DNA of 64,000 bases, taken from NCBI RefSeq assembly GCF_000143415.4, contig NW_003314266.1, positions 2,684,414-2,748,413 of the forward strand, given 5' to 3'. The notes beneath the pieces were generated by a model. The model was not told the DNA's origin. It ran no database searches and saw nothing but the letters and a program-made list of their open reading frames with translations. This stretch comes from Selaginella moellendorffii (taxonomy: Eukaryota; Plantae; Lycopodiophyta). This document shows positions 48,741 to 61,185 of the stretch, piece after piece; positions within the stretch are counted from its first letter, which is position 1, and every line of letters starts with the position of its first letter. Position numbers and translations under genes: made by a program.

Positions 48741-50097
48741 AAATGTTTTTGGTGTTTTAATGCACTAGATTAAACTTGCCATTGTACCCTAACACTAATC
48801 CTTGTACCAAAGTTAAAGCAAACTATGATATTCTAATCACTTTAGTTATAGTTTTTCATTCTATTCTCCATATCCCCCACTTTAACTTTGGAGTTACTAG
48901 ATACACAATGCACTAGCTATATTCTAGTTCACAGCTCCTTCATCTCCCCCTCAATGCAAAGTCTATTAACTCTAGGACTTATGACTTTACAATGCTAGAA
49001 TGGAGTATAATGGTATGGACATTCATTTATGTACTTTCTTGCACAAAAAACTTAATATATCTATCATTTATTGTTCCTTAAATTTCAATGTAATAAAATC
49101 ATAATTACCAAGTAAGTAGTTTCTCTATGGTTATCTTATGGTGGGTAAAGGGTGAAAACCATATGCATTACATTATTGCTTTAGATATAGAACAAATGGA
49201 TCTGGATATAGAATAAATATAGTACCAATTAGCATAAGTGTAATTTATATATGATCTCAATTAACAATACTCTTCAAAGTAATGCTTCCAATTTCTTTTT
49301 AGTTTTGGATTTTATAAGTGCCTAAACTGATTGAAACACCTATATCTACTCAGAACCAAGCCCTTGGAAACATATGCCAAAAATAACAAAGTAAAACTCA
49401 AATTTCAAAGCATTAAACCACTCAATGAAGGAATGAAACCACAAAACTCCTAAACAAACTAAAAGGTGGCTCTGTTTTATATGTTAGTTCTAACATTGGG
49501 ATGTTAATATTCTAGGATTGTTCTAATGTTGCTCCATGCTCTTGCTTTTTTAAACATAATGTACACAAGACTAACAAACTCTCCAAACTCAAGATAGCAT
49601 ACTCTGGTTCCACACTTGAAACTCTATTGGAAGAAATCCAAACTTCCATTATTTTATTGGTAAGCTTGGTTTTCTTTCATACTTCACTTCCATATGTCAA
49701 TACAATGACAGCTTCACTGTGATAATATTGTCATTCCAGTTAAATGTAGATCACTATACAAAGCATAGTAAGTATTTGTTGCTAGCAAAACATATTTTTA
49801 GATCACTTTGCAGAACAAAGTATTTGTTGAGATTACTTTGTGTTACAACTTCTTTCATATGAAATTTACAAGACTTTATTTAGCTGATCTTCATGTCTGA
49901 TTCTTGATTAACAAGTAATTGAACACTATTTCTATAGTGTATTTCTCCTCATCTTTATATTCGAGTTTGAGAAATTAAAAAAAAAGTAGAATATTATAAA
50001 CCAAGTCATTTTGGGTTTAAATGTATATATAAATAAACTTTGCTCCAAAAATATTTAGTAACCAGAAAACAATAAAGATCTAATTCATGGCTGTCTT

Positions 50098-50198
50098 CCT
50101 AAACCCAGGTTTTTAAACAGCGGGAGTGTGGAAGGCCAATAGCGCGTGGCTATTGGCCTTTCGTATTCTTCCCTCCATCGTTAAACCTGGGTCTTAGG
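50098..50198. other. ~100-nt stem-loop upstream of the AGC kinase
   Basis: Outer arms CCTAAACCCAGGTTT and AAACCTGGGTCTTAGG; inner perfect 12-bp stem AAGGCCAATAGC/GCTATTGGCCTT. Confidence 0.7.
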
Positions 50199-50326
50199 TA
50201 TTGTGATCCTTTTTCCCTCGCTATTTGGGAGCGATAGCTTTGCTCGCGATCGGTGTTGACGCCCGACGAAATCTCGCTGCCGTGGGCCTCCAGCATCCGG
50301 TTTTCCAGCTCGCAGCAGCGCCAAAG

Positions 50327-52686
<2,360 letters not shown>

Positions 52687-52893
52687 ACTAAATCCAAAAA
52701 ATGTTACAGATAATTAATTGAGCGTGGCTGTGTGTCAAGGGAAATCAAATCCAGTACCAAAATCCAGTGAAGGTGTGTGTGTGTGTGTTGTTGTTGCGCA
52801 ACTGCCTGCTTGAAAGTGAGTTTTGTCAACATGTACAAAAAAGAAACCTCTTCCTTTTTCTCCATTTTCTCCATTCCCTCGGCTCCTCCGCTT

Positions 52894-53544
52894 CTATGGC
52901 CTTAGTATGTACTTGTGGTCTATGCTTTCGAAGTCAAAAGGATCATCCAGGGCCAGGGACGAAGCACCGCTACTCCTGCTGTAAGCAGCCACCGTGCTCG
53001 AGAGCGGCAATGCTAGAGGGTGAGTGTTGTTGCAGCTTGATGACACTGACGAGAGCAGTGGCTGTGCGAACTCAGGTTGGAGAAGCGAAGCCGACGGCTG
53101 CTGCTGGTGGTGGTGATGGTTCAGATGGTGGTGCTGGTGAACCAAGCTCCGGGTGAGCTCCAGCTCCCGCTGCAGCCCCCTGACCCGCTCCGTCAGCTGC
53201 GAGATGATCCCGTAGCAGCCGTGAACCGGGTCCTTGTCCCGCACCTCCGCCTCGTAGATAAGTGACTTCATCGTCTCCTCCTTGTCCGCCGGGTCCGCGT
53301 CCCGCAGGAAGCGCAGCATGTTGCTCACGCCGAACAGTCTCTTGCAGCTCAGGAATCTCTGGTTGGCCTCGGCGGGGAAGTACGGCGCGAGCGGGCAGTC
53401 CACCGGACACTTTCGCCGCTGGAACTTGCAAGCGGCGCACGCCTGGCTCGTTGTCATGCTCCCGTTGCTGCCGTTGCTCGAGGTCACGTTCATACTCTCG
53501 CTTTGCTGCTGCTGCTGCTGCTGTTGCTGTTGCTGCATCATCAT
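52894..53544 (-). CDS. LBD: LOB-domain (LBD/ASL) transcription factor
   Basis: CAACKFQRRKCPVDCPLAPYFP, GAS block LFGVSN..DPVHGC and a leucine-zipper-like coiled coil; poly-Q and poly-H tracts. Confidence 0.93.
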   Translation of the reverse strand: MMMQQQQQQQQQQQSESMNVTSSNGSNGSMTTSQACAACKFQRRKCPVDCPLAPYFPAEANQRFLSCKRLFGVSNMLRFLRDADPADKEETMKSLIYEAEVRDKDPVHGCYGIISQLTERVRGLQRELELTRSLVHQHHHLNHHHHQQQPSASLLQPEFAQPLLSSVSSSCNNTHPLALPLSSTVAAYSRSSGASSLALDDPFDFESIDHKYILRP

Positions 53545-53969
53545 CCAGCTCTCTCTCTCTCTCTCTCTCTCTCACTTCACTGTGCCTGCTTGATCTTCTG
53601 TTTCTTCACAGACGCTACGAATTCCCCGGCGGAGGCGAAGTGACCACCGAGAAATGCCGAAGATCCGCCGAAAAAATCCACCGCTGGAAGAAAGAAAAAA
53701 GAAAGGAACACACGCCAAAGGTCAGCTAAATGAGGTCACTATGACCCGCACGTAAATATAGCAAATAGCACATTGGCTTACTTTTATTAACCAGCGCCAC
53801 GCAACGCCCATCTCTCCCGGCCGTGGGCAAGACTTAATTTACGTGTGGCCTGGATGCTGTCTCATATTTTTCGCCCTTCCACCTTTTCACTCTTCTTTTT
53901 TTACCAGGTCAGCTCTGCGAGATTATCCCGGAGCCGATTAGCCTTCGCGTATAAATAGCCCCGCAAGCT

Positions 53970-55758
53970 TTAAAGTACGCTTAGCGAAGGTACGGTGTCC
54001 ATCTCTTCTCGAGGCTGCGAGAAAAAAGAGAAAAAGCTTAGCTTTGTGTGGACTGGAAGATCATAACGTTTTACTTTTGCTTCTACAGACCTGACACCAC
54101 TCGAGGAAAAGCAGCACGATGTAGTCCAGGATCACGACGAGGCAAAAGAGCTTCCCCGCCCAAGGTCCGCAGCTAAAGTACCTGTGGAATCAAGGAGAGC
54201 GAAGAACCTGAAACGAGCACCGCAATGGAGTCTAGACTAACCGTGCAAGTCGGTCCCGCAAGTTGCTGCGAGGAGTGGCGGCGGCGTGGTTGTACACGAC
54301 TTCGGTTCGCTTGGCTACGTCCATCCAGCTATACATTCTCGTCATCTACAGCACAAAGGGGCAGTTTTTATCTTCCTCTCTTGTCCTGTCCAAAATGGAA
54401 AGAAAGACTCACGTACGCGGTTGTGCATTTCCTGCGGGTCGATTCTGGGAAGAAGCTCGATCGCTTGACCGATGGCTTTTACCATCTCGCCCGGAACAGG
54501 TGTCGCGAGAACGATCATGTCCGGTGGAAGAACCTGGAGCAAAACGATGTGTTAGTCACGAAAGGCTTCGGAGAGACAAGATCACGACAAGGATTCACAC
54601 AACATACATGCCTCTGGGACTCCACCGACGCGGGTGCTAACAGTGAGCAAGCCGCAACTAGCCGCCTCGAGGATTGCGATACAAAAAGCCTCGGTGAGGG
54701 AGCTGGAACGAGAGAGAAAGATCGAAACTTAAGCCATCGAAAGAGAACGAGGACTACTTCACCTGTTGAGAAAGATATGGCCGCGAACAAGCACGGAGCT
54801 CACCATGGCGTGAGGAACCGAGCCCAGCATCTCGACGCGCTCCTGAAGCGAGTGCTTCTCACGCATCTCCTCGAGACGAACTCTCTTGGGACCATCTCCA
54901 CCGATTATAAAATCCACCTGTGAGGGACCAGGAGAGCTTGTTCCAACCGTGAACGAAAAAAAAAAACTTGCAAGAGCTTACGTTTGGAAAGAGCTTGCAA
55001 ACCTCCGGTATGACTTCCACCAGCAAATCTGCGCCTTTGCGATACACCAGCCTGCTCACCACCACCACAACGATGCGCTTGATCGATCCAGCGCGAGGCC
55101 GGGGCTGGAACATCGCAGTGTCCACGGCATTCGGGATCACGAACACCTTCTCTGGAGCGATCCCTGAGCGAAGCACCGTGTTCTCCTTGCTGGTGTGAGA
55201 GACGCAAATGGCGTGGCGGACGTCGGCGAGCGAGAACTGGAGCGCCTTGTTCATGTGGATGCTGCCCAGGTCCGCGAATCCATAGAGGGAGTGATCCGTG
55301 AACACCACCTCGAGGCCCATGGTCCTGGCGTGGAGGATCGCCTCGTGACACAGCGTGGAGAATGCCTGGTGGCCGTGGACGATGGTAATGGCCTCGCGGA
55401 CGATGATCGAGCGCAGCACCGGGAGCGTGAGGAAGAATGTGGGGAGAGTGTTTTGCATCAGGAATGGCAGCCATGGAATGTAGTAGATCTTGAGGCCGCC
55501 GGTGAGGTAGCGCACGCCGGAGCGCTTGCCGTAGCAATGCGTGGCCACCACGACCTGGAAAGAGGAGATTATTACCCTACAAATCGAGCTCCGCGAAATG
55601 CCGATCGATCGAGGGATCCATCAATGGATTACCTTATGGCCGCGCTGCAAGAGGCACTGCGAGAGCGAGTATATGTGGCTCTCCACACCGCCGAAATTCG
55701 GGTAGAAGAAATCCGAGACCATGAGCACATTGTGGCGCCTCCCATGCTCGTCGCCCAT
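53970..55758 (-). CDS. PIGA: Phosphatidylinositol N-acetylglucosaminyltransferase subunit A (PIG-A/GPI3/SETH2), multi-exon
   Basis: [71 protein letters not shown] and STRVGGVPE; C-terminal TM. Confidence 0.95.
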
Positions 55759-56317
55759 GGAACCCTAAATCTCCGGCATATTCCAGGCCAGATGGAATTC
55801 GAAAGATATTCTTTTATTCCTGGAAGGGAGTGAATATTCGGCTCCCGCCGGATTTAGTAAGCCCTAAAAGGACGGTTCCTTTTCAAGATATTTTGGGCAT
55901 GGCGATCTTATTCGCGTCGGGCCAATGAGGAGCTGCCTCAAAGTGTCCCCTTCTAAGCCACAGCCACCTGCGCCGGCCAATGGGAAGTGCGCCACGCGTC
56001 GTGCAACTAGCGCGGACGTGTTTCCTTCTCCTGGAGCCAAGGCATCGCCCCCAGTGGCCCCCATACCATGGCCGCCCAATCACGGCTGTGACACGTTGCG
56101 TGTTGTCAGTGGCTGCCGCTGACGCGCGTATGATACTTTACTCTCACCTCCCCCACATATATCCTCCCTCGCTGTTAATCCCATGTTTTTTTCTTTCTCC
56201 TTCGTGGTGGAATGCACGCTCGCTCTATACTATTTTTTCTTGGTCTGTTCTAGAGAACGCTAGGTTTCTCTCCTCTCGTCTTCTTTCCTCTCGATCTATC
56301 CATCCATCCATCCAGCG

Positions 56318-57175
56318 ATGATTAGCCGGCGATCGCGAAATCCCCGCGCGGAGGGCGAGATCCTTTCTCGCTTCCGCCCGATCGCGCCAAGGCCAGCGAA
56401 TGTTTCTTCCTCTTCTACGCCTCCCATCAAGCCAAACGTTCCAGCAGCTCCTCCTTTTCCAGACTCCAGGCTCTCCTCCGCCAAGCGGTCCAGATCCTCG
56501 CCTTGCTGCTCCTCCGCTGCGCCAGCGCCGCTCAAGAAGCTCAAATCTTTGCCAGGGGCCTCTTCTTGTTCTTCCTTGCGGCCTTTGATTCCAGTCACTA
56601 AACCCTCCACCGCATCCTCGCGCCTCACGCAAGATCACGGCAGCAGCGATCTCCTCTCCAGCGCGCGATGTGAGCTCAAGACGCTGGCACTCCTCCCGGA
56701 CGGATCATCCGCTACTGCAGCTCCACAGTCCCCCGGCAGCGATTCATCGCTCGCCAGCCCCCAGCGTATCATCGATCCAGACGCGCGCCTCACGGAGCTC
56801 TCGCTGGGATCCACGTGGCGATCGTTGGAGGTGGATTCCTCTCGCGAGAAACCGGAGCTGGGGATTCCATCGTGGCGGCATTTCGACAATCTCCTCTTCG
56901 AGCGCAGTGCTCTGCCCATGGCTGTGACCGATGCTCAATCTGGCGGGATCCTGTGGAGCAATCCAGCCTTCTCAGCGGCGCGCGATGGAGATCTCCGGCA
57001 TCCAGTGCCGCTGATCAGCTTCACGCTCACTGAGAAGTCTCAAGGTGTGATGTGGATCTTCGTGCCCAGCAGCGCTAGCTCTGGCGTAGATTTCTTCCCA
57101 ATGAAGCCACAAGCCGTGCGCGCCTCCATCGCCAGCGGCGTGCTGGAATCTCTAGCGGCCGCGAATCGATTGTAG
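56318..57175 (+). CDS. Uncharacterised plant protein with an RFRPIAP(R/K)P motif, intronless
   Basis: 285-aa ORF. ILSRFRPIAPRP resembles the N-terminal motif of a conserved plant family of unknown function (from memory); the middle is Ser/Pro-rich. Confidence 0.7.
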   Translation: MISRRSRNPRAEGEILSRFRPIAPRPANVSSSSTPPIKPNVPAAPPFPDSRLSSAKRSRSSPCCSSAAPAPLKKLKSLPGASSCSSLRPLIPVTKPSTASSRLTQDHGSSDLLSSARCELKTLALLPDGSSATAAPQSPGSDSSLASPQRIIDPDARLTELSLGSTWRSLEVDSSREKPELGIPSWRHFDNLLFERSALPMAVTDAQSGGILWSNPAFSAARDGDLRHPVPLISFTLTEKSQGVMWIFVPSSASSGVDFFPMKPQAVRASIASGVLESLAAANRL

Positions 57176-57243
57176 ATAGCGAACTTGTGAAATAGAAAGA
57201 AATTCTCGTAAGAACCCTAATCTAGGAGCCCTAGATTTCGAGA

Positions 57244-59725
57244 ATGGCGGGGAGCACGCGCCTGGCGATCGCGCTCTCGGCGCTGGCGTACATTCTCGCA
57301 GGTAAGAATCGAGCGAGCGAGCGCGCGAGCAGTGACTTCGCGATTCATATCCTTGCGTAGAGATACGATCGCTTTGTGTCTTCTTGCGAGTTATTTCTTG
57401 GTGATTTACCCCTCTCTGGCCACTGGCATCCTGCTGATTTCCTCTCTGGGCACTTTTGGATCCTCCAGGGCTCCCATTTTGGTGGAAGCTGACAGAAGTG
57501 TACCGTGTGCCACTGCCATATCGCGAGGTTGAGGGATTCGTAACAAAGCAATCGTCGTCGTCGGCCGCGAGAGTACACTGCCAGCTCCAGATCGTCTTCT
57601 TCTCCAAAGAAGAAACTCCAGACCGGGATGCGAAGTGGAGTGATCGACTGGAAGTGGTGTTGAGAGCCACTCGCGAGTGGTCTAGCAGTGGCTTTTGCGA
57701 GATCGAAGTGGCCGTGACGCTAGATGCCAAGGGACTGTGTCTCCACAAGCGTGGGGGAGATAGAGCGAAGCCGCTCTGGGAATGCGGCCGTGTTCTTGAC
57801 AGCCTCCATAGCCAAGACTCCACCTCGATCGACGAGAGCTTGAAGAACTATATCGGTGAAGATCGAGCAGGAAAATACACCATTCTAGTTCTCCTCGATG
57901 GAGAGCTTTCGCAAGGCGGTGGTGCCGAGGCCGTGGTGGGAAAGTATCGTCATGCATGGGTGGTTTTTCCACCGAGTTTGCTGGGGAATGACGAGCAGCT
58001 CACTCGGATTATTTCCGAGACAGCGGGTGTTCTTCTCGCGGGTGGAAAGCCCGCGACTGCAGTGGCAAAGACGATGCCTTTAGCCGCGGATGGATCGGCG
58101 ATCCTGTCCTTCAGCTTGCTCAACGCGGATCCAGAAAACTGGATTTTCAACTGGTACTCTGAACTTTTTTTTTTTACCCTTCTCGAGAAAAAATCTGATC
58201 TTCTGAATCCATTTGCAGGGACTTTGACAGTGTGGAATCGCAGTATCTATCTCCTGTCGTCGACGCACTGGCTCCCGTGGCGCGTTTAAGCGTTGAAAGC
58301 CAGGTAACTCAAGCTCGCGCTTCCATGAAGCTTCTTTTCGAGGTGCTTTGAACGTTTCTTTCCAATTTCCTAGGTCCTGTACTACACTCCAGCAGCAGCG
58401 AGGTCCCAATGGAACGCAGATATCCGGTCGCACGTTATTGAATCAAAGGATCTCTCCTTTTTTGTAAGCTCTCCGGTCTTTGGTTTTTTCCTAAAGTTGC
58501 TGCTCCTACAGGTGAACGCCAACGAATGGCATTTGGATACGTCTGCTGCCGCAGCTGGGCGGTCGAAAGTTCTCCATTTTGCAATGTACGTGGCCTGGTA
58601 TTCTCCTTTTGGCTACGGTTTCCTAACACCCGTTCGCTTTAACATTACAGATATGTGCCTCCCGTCGAGGAATGCCCGTTGCGCATCAAGCTGTCAAGCG
58701 GCCGCATAACCTCCTCGGCCTCCATCGACGGTTTTACCTCTCCAGTCGGTAGTCGCCAACTTTTCCTTTTCTTTTTTTTTTCCTGTTGCCTTCGCACAAT
58801 CCAGCTGATGCCTTTAATGCAGGGGTGGGGAGGTGTGGTCATCTGGAACCCGCCCGGGTGTCTGGTTGCTGATAATAGCACCTTGCGGCAGCGACTAAAT
58901 GTGAACGTGCGCTGCCTGGAGGAATTTGATTATTGGAAAGGCTGATCTATCGCTTTGTTTTTTCTCCCAGGACTTGAAGACGACGATGGAGGTGGTTGTC
59001 GCTCAGCTCCGGACACTGTTTGGTCTGCCTCCGGTACCACCGCGCAGGAAAGCTCCAAAGCTGTCCATTCTTTGCAACCAGAGAACAGGATTTGCAGAGT
59101 GGTACGGAGCGAGCAGTGCTCTATTTCCAGGGGGTGATGTAATGCTGTATTTGATGCAGGGAGCTGGATCTGCTGCTGCGCAGGCGCGTCATAGCTGATG
59201 TAAACTCCACCGCTTCTACCTTGGCATCACTCCTAAAACTGGTATGATGATCTTCACTTCCTCGGAAGGAAAAAGCTCTTAATTGGGTTGCTGTACAGGT
59301 GGAATCGCTTCCAAAGATGGTTATTCAGCAAGAGATTGGTGTCCAGGTGACAACGTCGCTCGAGGCGGCTGAGAAAGCCATGGACGCTGGAAACGCTTCC
59401 TACCAAGTGATTGGCAGTAAGGCTATCGAAAAGTCTCTTCCGTACTCAGCCGCGTCGTGTCTCTCGCAGATTTCTCGGCAACGGCAAAAGCCTGGGCTGA
59501 AGAGGCTTTCTTTCATCCATCGATCATGTCTCTCCTTCACTTCCCAAAGGAGCACCAGTTCGCGATGTACACGGTACCTTTGAGAAAGACAAAAGAAATA
59601 ATTCACCACAACTGAAAACTCTGCTCGTTCTTGTGCAGCCATTTTTCGTTCCAGTGCTGCTTCACACTGTTATCTCCGTTGTCAAGGAGACAATGAGATA
59701 CGCTCGAAAGTCGTCGAGGAAATAG
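57244..59725 (+). CDS. PIGS: GPI transamidase component PIG-S (GPI17), multi-exon
   Basis: N-terminal TM then GLPFWWKLTEVYRVPLP, LSFSLLNADP, ESQVLYY, VNANEW, WGGVVIWNP, QLRTLFGL and AFFHPSIMSLLHFPKEHQFAMYTPFFVP. Confidence 0.92.
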
Positions 59726-59937
59726 GTAAATGCTATGTTCTACTTCGTACTCGCTCTTACTCGCGAAAACTCTCTTCGAATTACTAGGTGGTTTGATCTT
59801 ACAATTCATGCGAGAACTTCAGCGTCCTTCCCTTGAACGAAACATTGAAATGTAGCTTCTATATTAGAATTAACAGTCTCCTTGCGGTTTTCATTTCGCT
59901 AGAAAAACGATGGACAAGAAGAGTGATAAAGCTCAAG

Positions 59938-60987
59938 TCAATGAACAGCCTGCCCTGCGCGATTCACGCCTAGGTGCTGTAACTTCTTTGCAATAAAATC
60001 CTCCTCTTCTTCCTCCTCCCCGCCTCGCCTTCTCTTCAAGCCATGGTGTGGCTGCTCGAAAACCATTCTCTTCGAGTGCTGTTCTTCCTCCAGACTGCGA
60101 TTATCTGGAACTTGTGACCCGGAATGCTTGACGACCCATGGATGGTTCTCAACTTCATGGATAGGCAGCCTCCTTCTCGCGTCCAAGTGGAGCAACTGGA
60201 GAATGAGATCCCTGGCTCCATCACTCACGTCTGTCCAGTCCATAGAGCTCACGGGCAAATCCTCCCAATGACTCAACCTCCTTGGAACATCCCTCGATCT
60301 CAATCCTTCGAACGCAAGCTTCCCGGACAAGATCTCATACAAAACAATGCCCACGCCCCACACGTCCACCCTCTCGTCGTACTCATGAATGGAAGCTACC
60401 ACTTCAGGAGCAACATATCTGTCCGTCCCGACCTGGCCTCTCATTCTCATGTCCGTCCCCTTGCTCACCCAAGAGGTTCCAAAGTCCGCCAGCTTTATGT
60501 TGTCAAACAAGATCTCCCCAAAACCCAAGAGGATGTTCCCCACCTTGATGTCCCTGTGAACCACGCCCAAGTCGTGCATCCTACTCACGGTCCTGGCCAC
60601 GCTCTTGATCACCATCGCTGCTTCGTGCTCGCTCAACCTCGCCCTGTCCTGCAGCATGTCTTTCAACGAGCACTCGCACAATTCCATGATGATGTGGTAG
60701 TAATCGTCGTCCCTGAAAACGTCCACCAGTTGAACCACACCACTCTCGCCCTTGCCTTTGGAGAGCGCCCGGATCTCCATTTCGGCTTCCTCTTGCAGGC
60801 CTCCATTCGGGATGTCATCAGGGTCGAGATCTTCAAGCTCGTCCTCTTTATACTCTGTGACCCTGATCGATTTGCAAGCAAAAGGCTGACCGTCACGCTT
60901 GCGCACTACTTTGTAGACGATTGCTTGGCCGCCATGATCCAGCTCCTCTTCCACCGAGAACAAGGCTCTCATGCGCTCCATCTCCAT
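59938..60987 (-). CDS. CAMK-group Ser/Thr kinase (PPCK/CDPK-like, no EF-hands), intronless
   Basis: FACKSI, HIIMELC, VVHRDIKVGN, LADFG, GTDRYVAPE, DVWGVG and VSDGARDLI..HPW; degenerate Gly loop LDHGGQAIV. Confidence 0.88.
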   Translation of the reverse strand: MEMERMRALFSVEEELDHGGQAIVYKVVRKRDGQPFACKSIRVTEYKEDELEDLDPDDIPNGGLQEEAEMEIRALSKGKGESGVVQLVDVFRDDDYYHIIMELCECSLKDMLQDRARLSEHEAAMVIKSVARTVSRMHDLGVVHRDIKVGNILLGFGEILFDNIKLADFGTSWVSKGTDMRMRGQVGTDRYVAPEVVASIHEYDERVDVWGVGIVLYEILSGKLAFEGLRSRDVPRRLSHWEDLPVSSMDWTDVSDGARDLILQLLHLDARRRLPIHEVENHPWVVKHSGSQVPDNRSLEEEQHSKRMVFEQPHHGLKRRRGGEEEEEEDFIAKKLQHLGVNRAGQAVH

Positions 60988-61185
60988 CGCTAGCAAGAAA
61001 AAAAAAAGTGTAGGTTTCCTTAAACACAGGTGTATTTATATAACAGGAAAAGGCGAATAAAGAATATTATCATCTACCATTTTCTAACAAATAAATCTTA
61101 GGTGATGTAAAAATTTCTGGATGGTCAACTTTAATCAAACTTTTAGTTCGTTTTTGCCTCCCATGGATGCTTCTCAGCATGCAAA

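Noticed and set aside
54225-55833. Long + strand and alternate-frame ORFs over PIG-A
   Set aside because: Explained by GC-rich PIG-A exons on the minus strand.
60124-60993. 289-aa ORF antisense to the kinase
   Set aside because: Shadow ORF on the opposite strand of a coding region, with no motifs.
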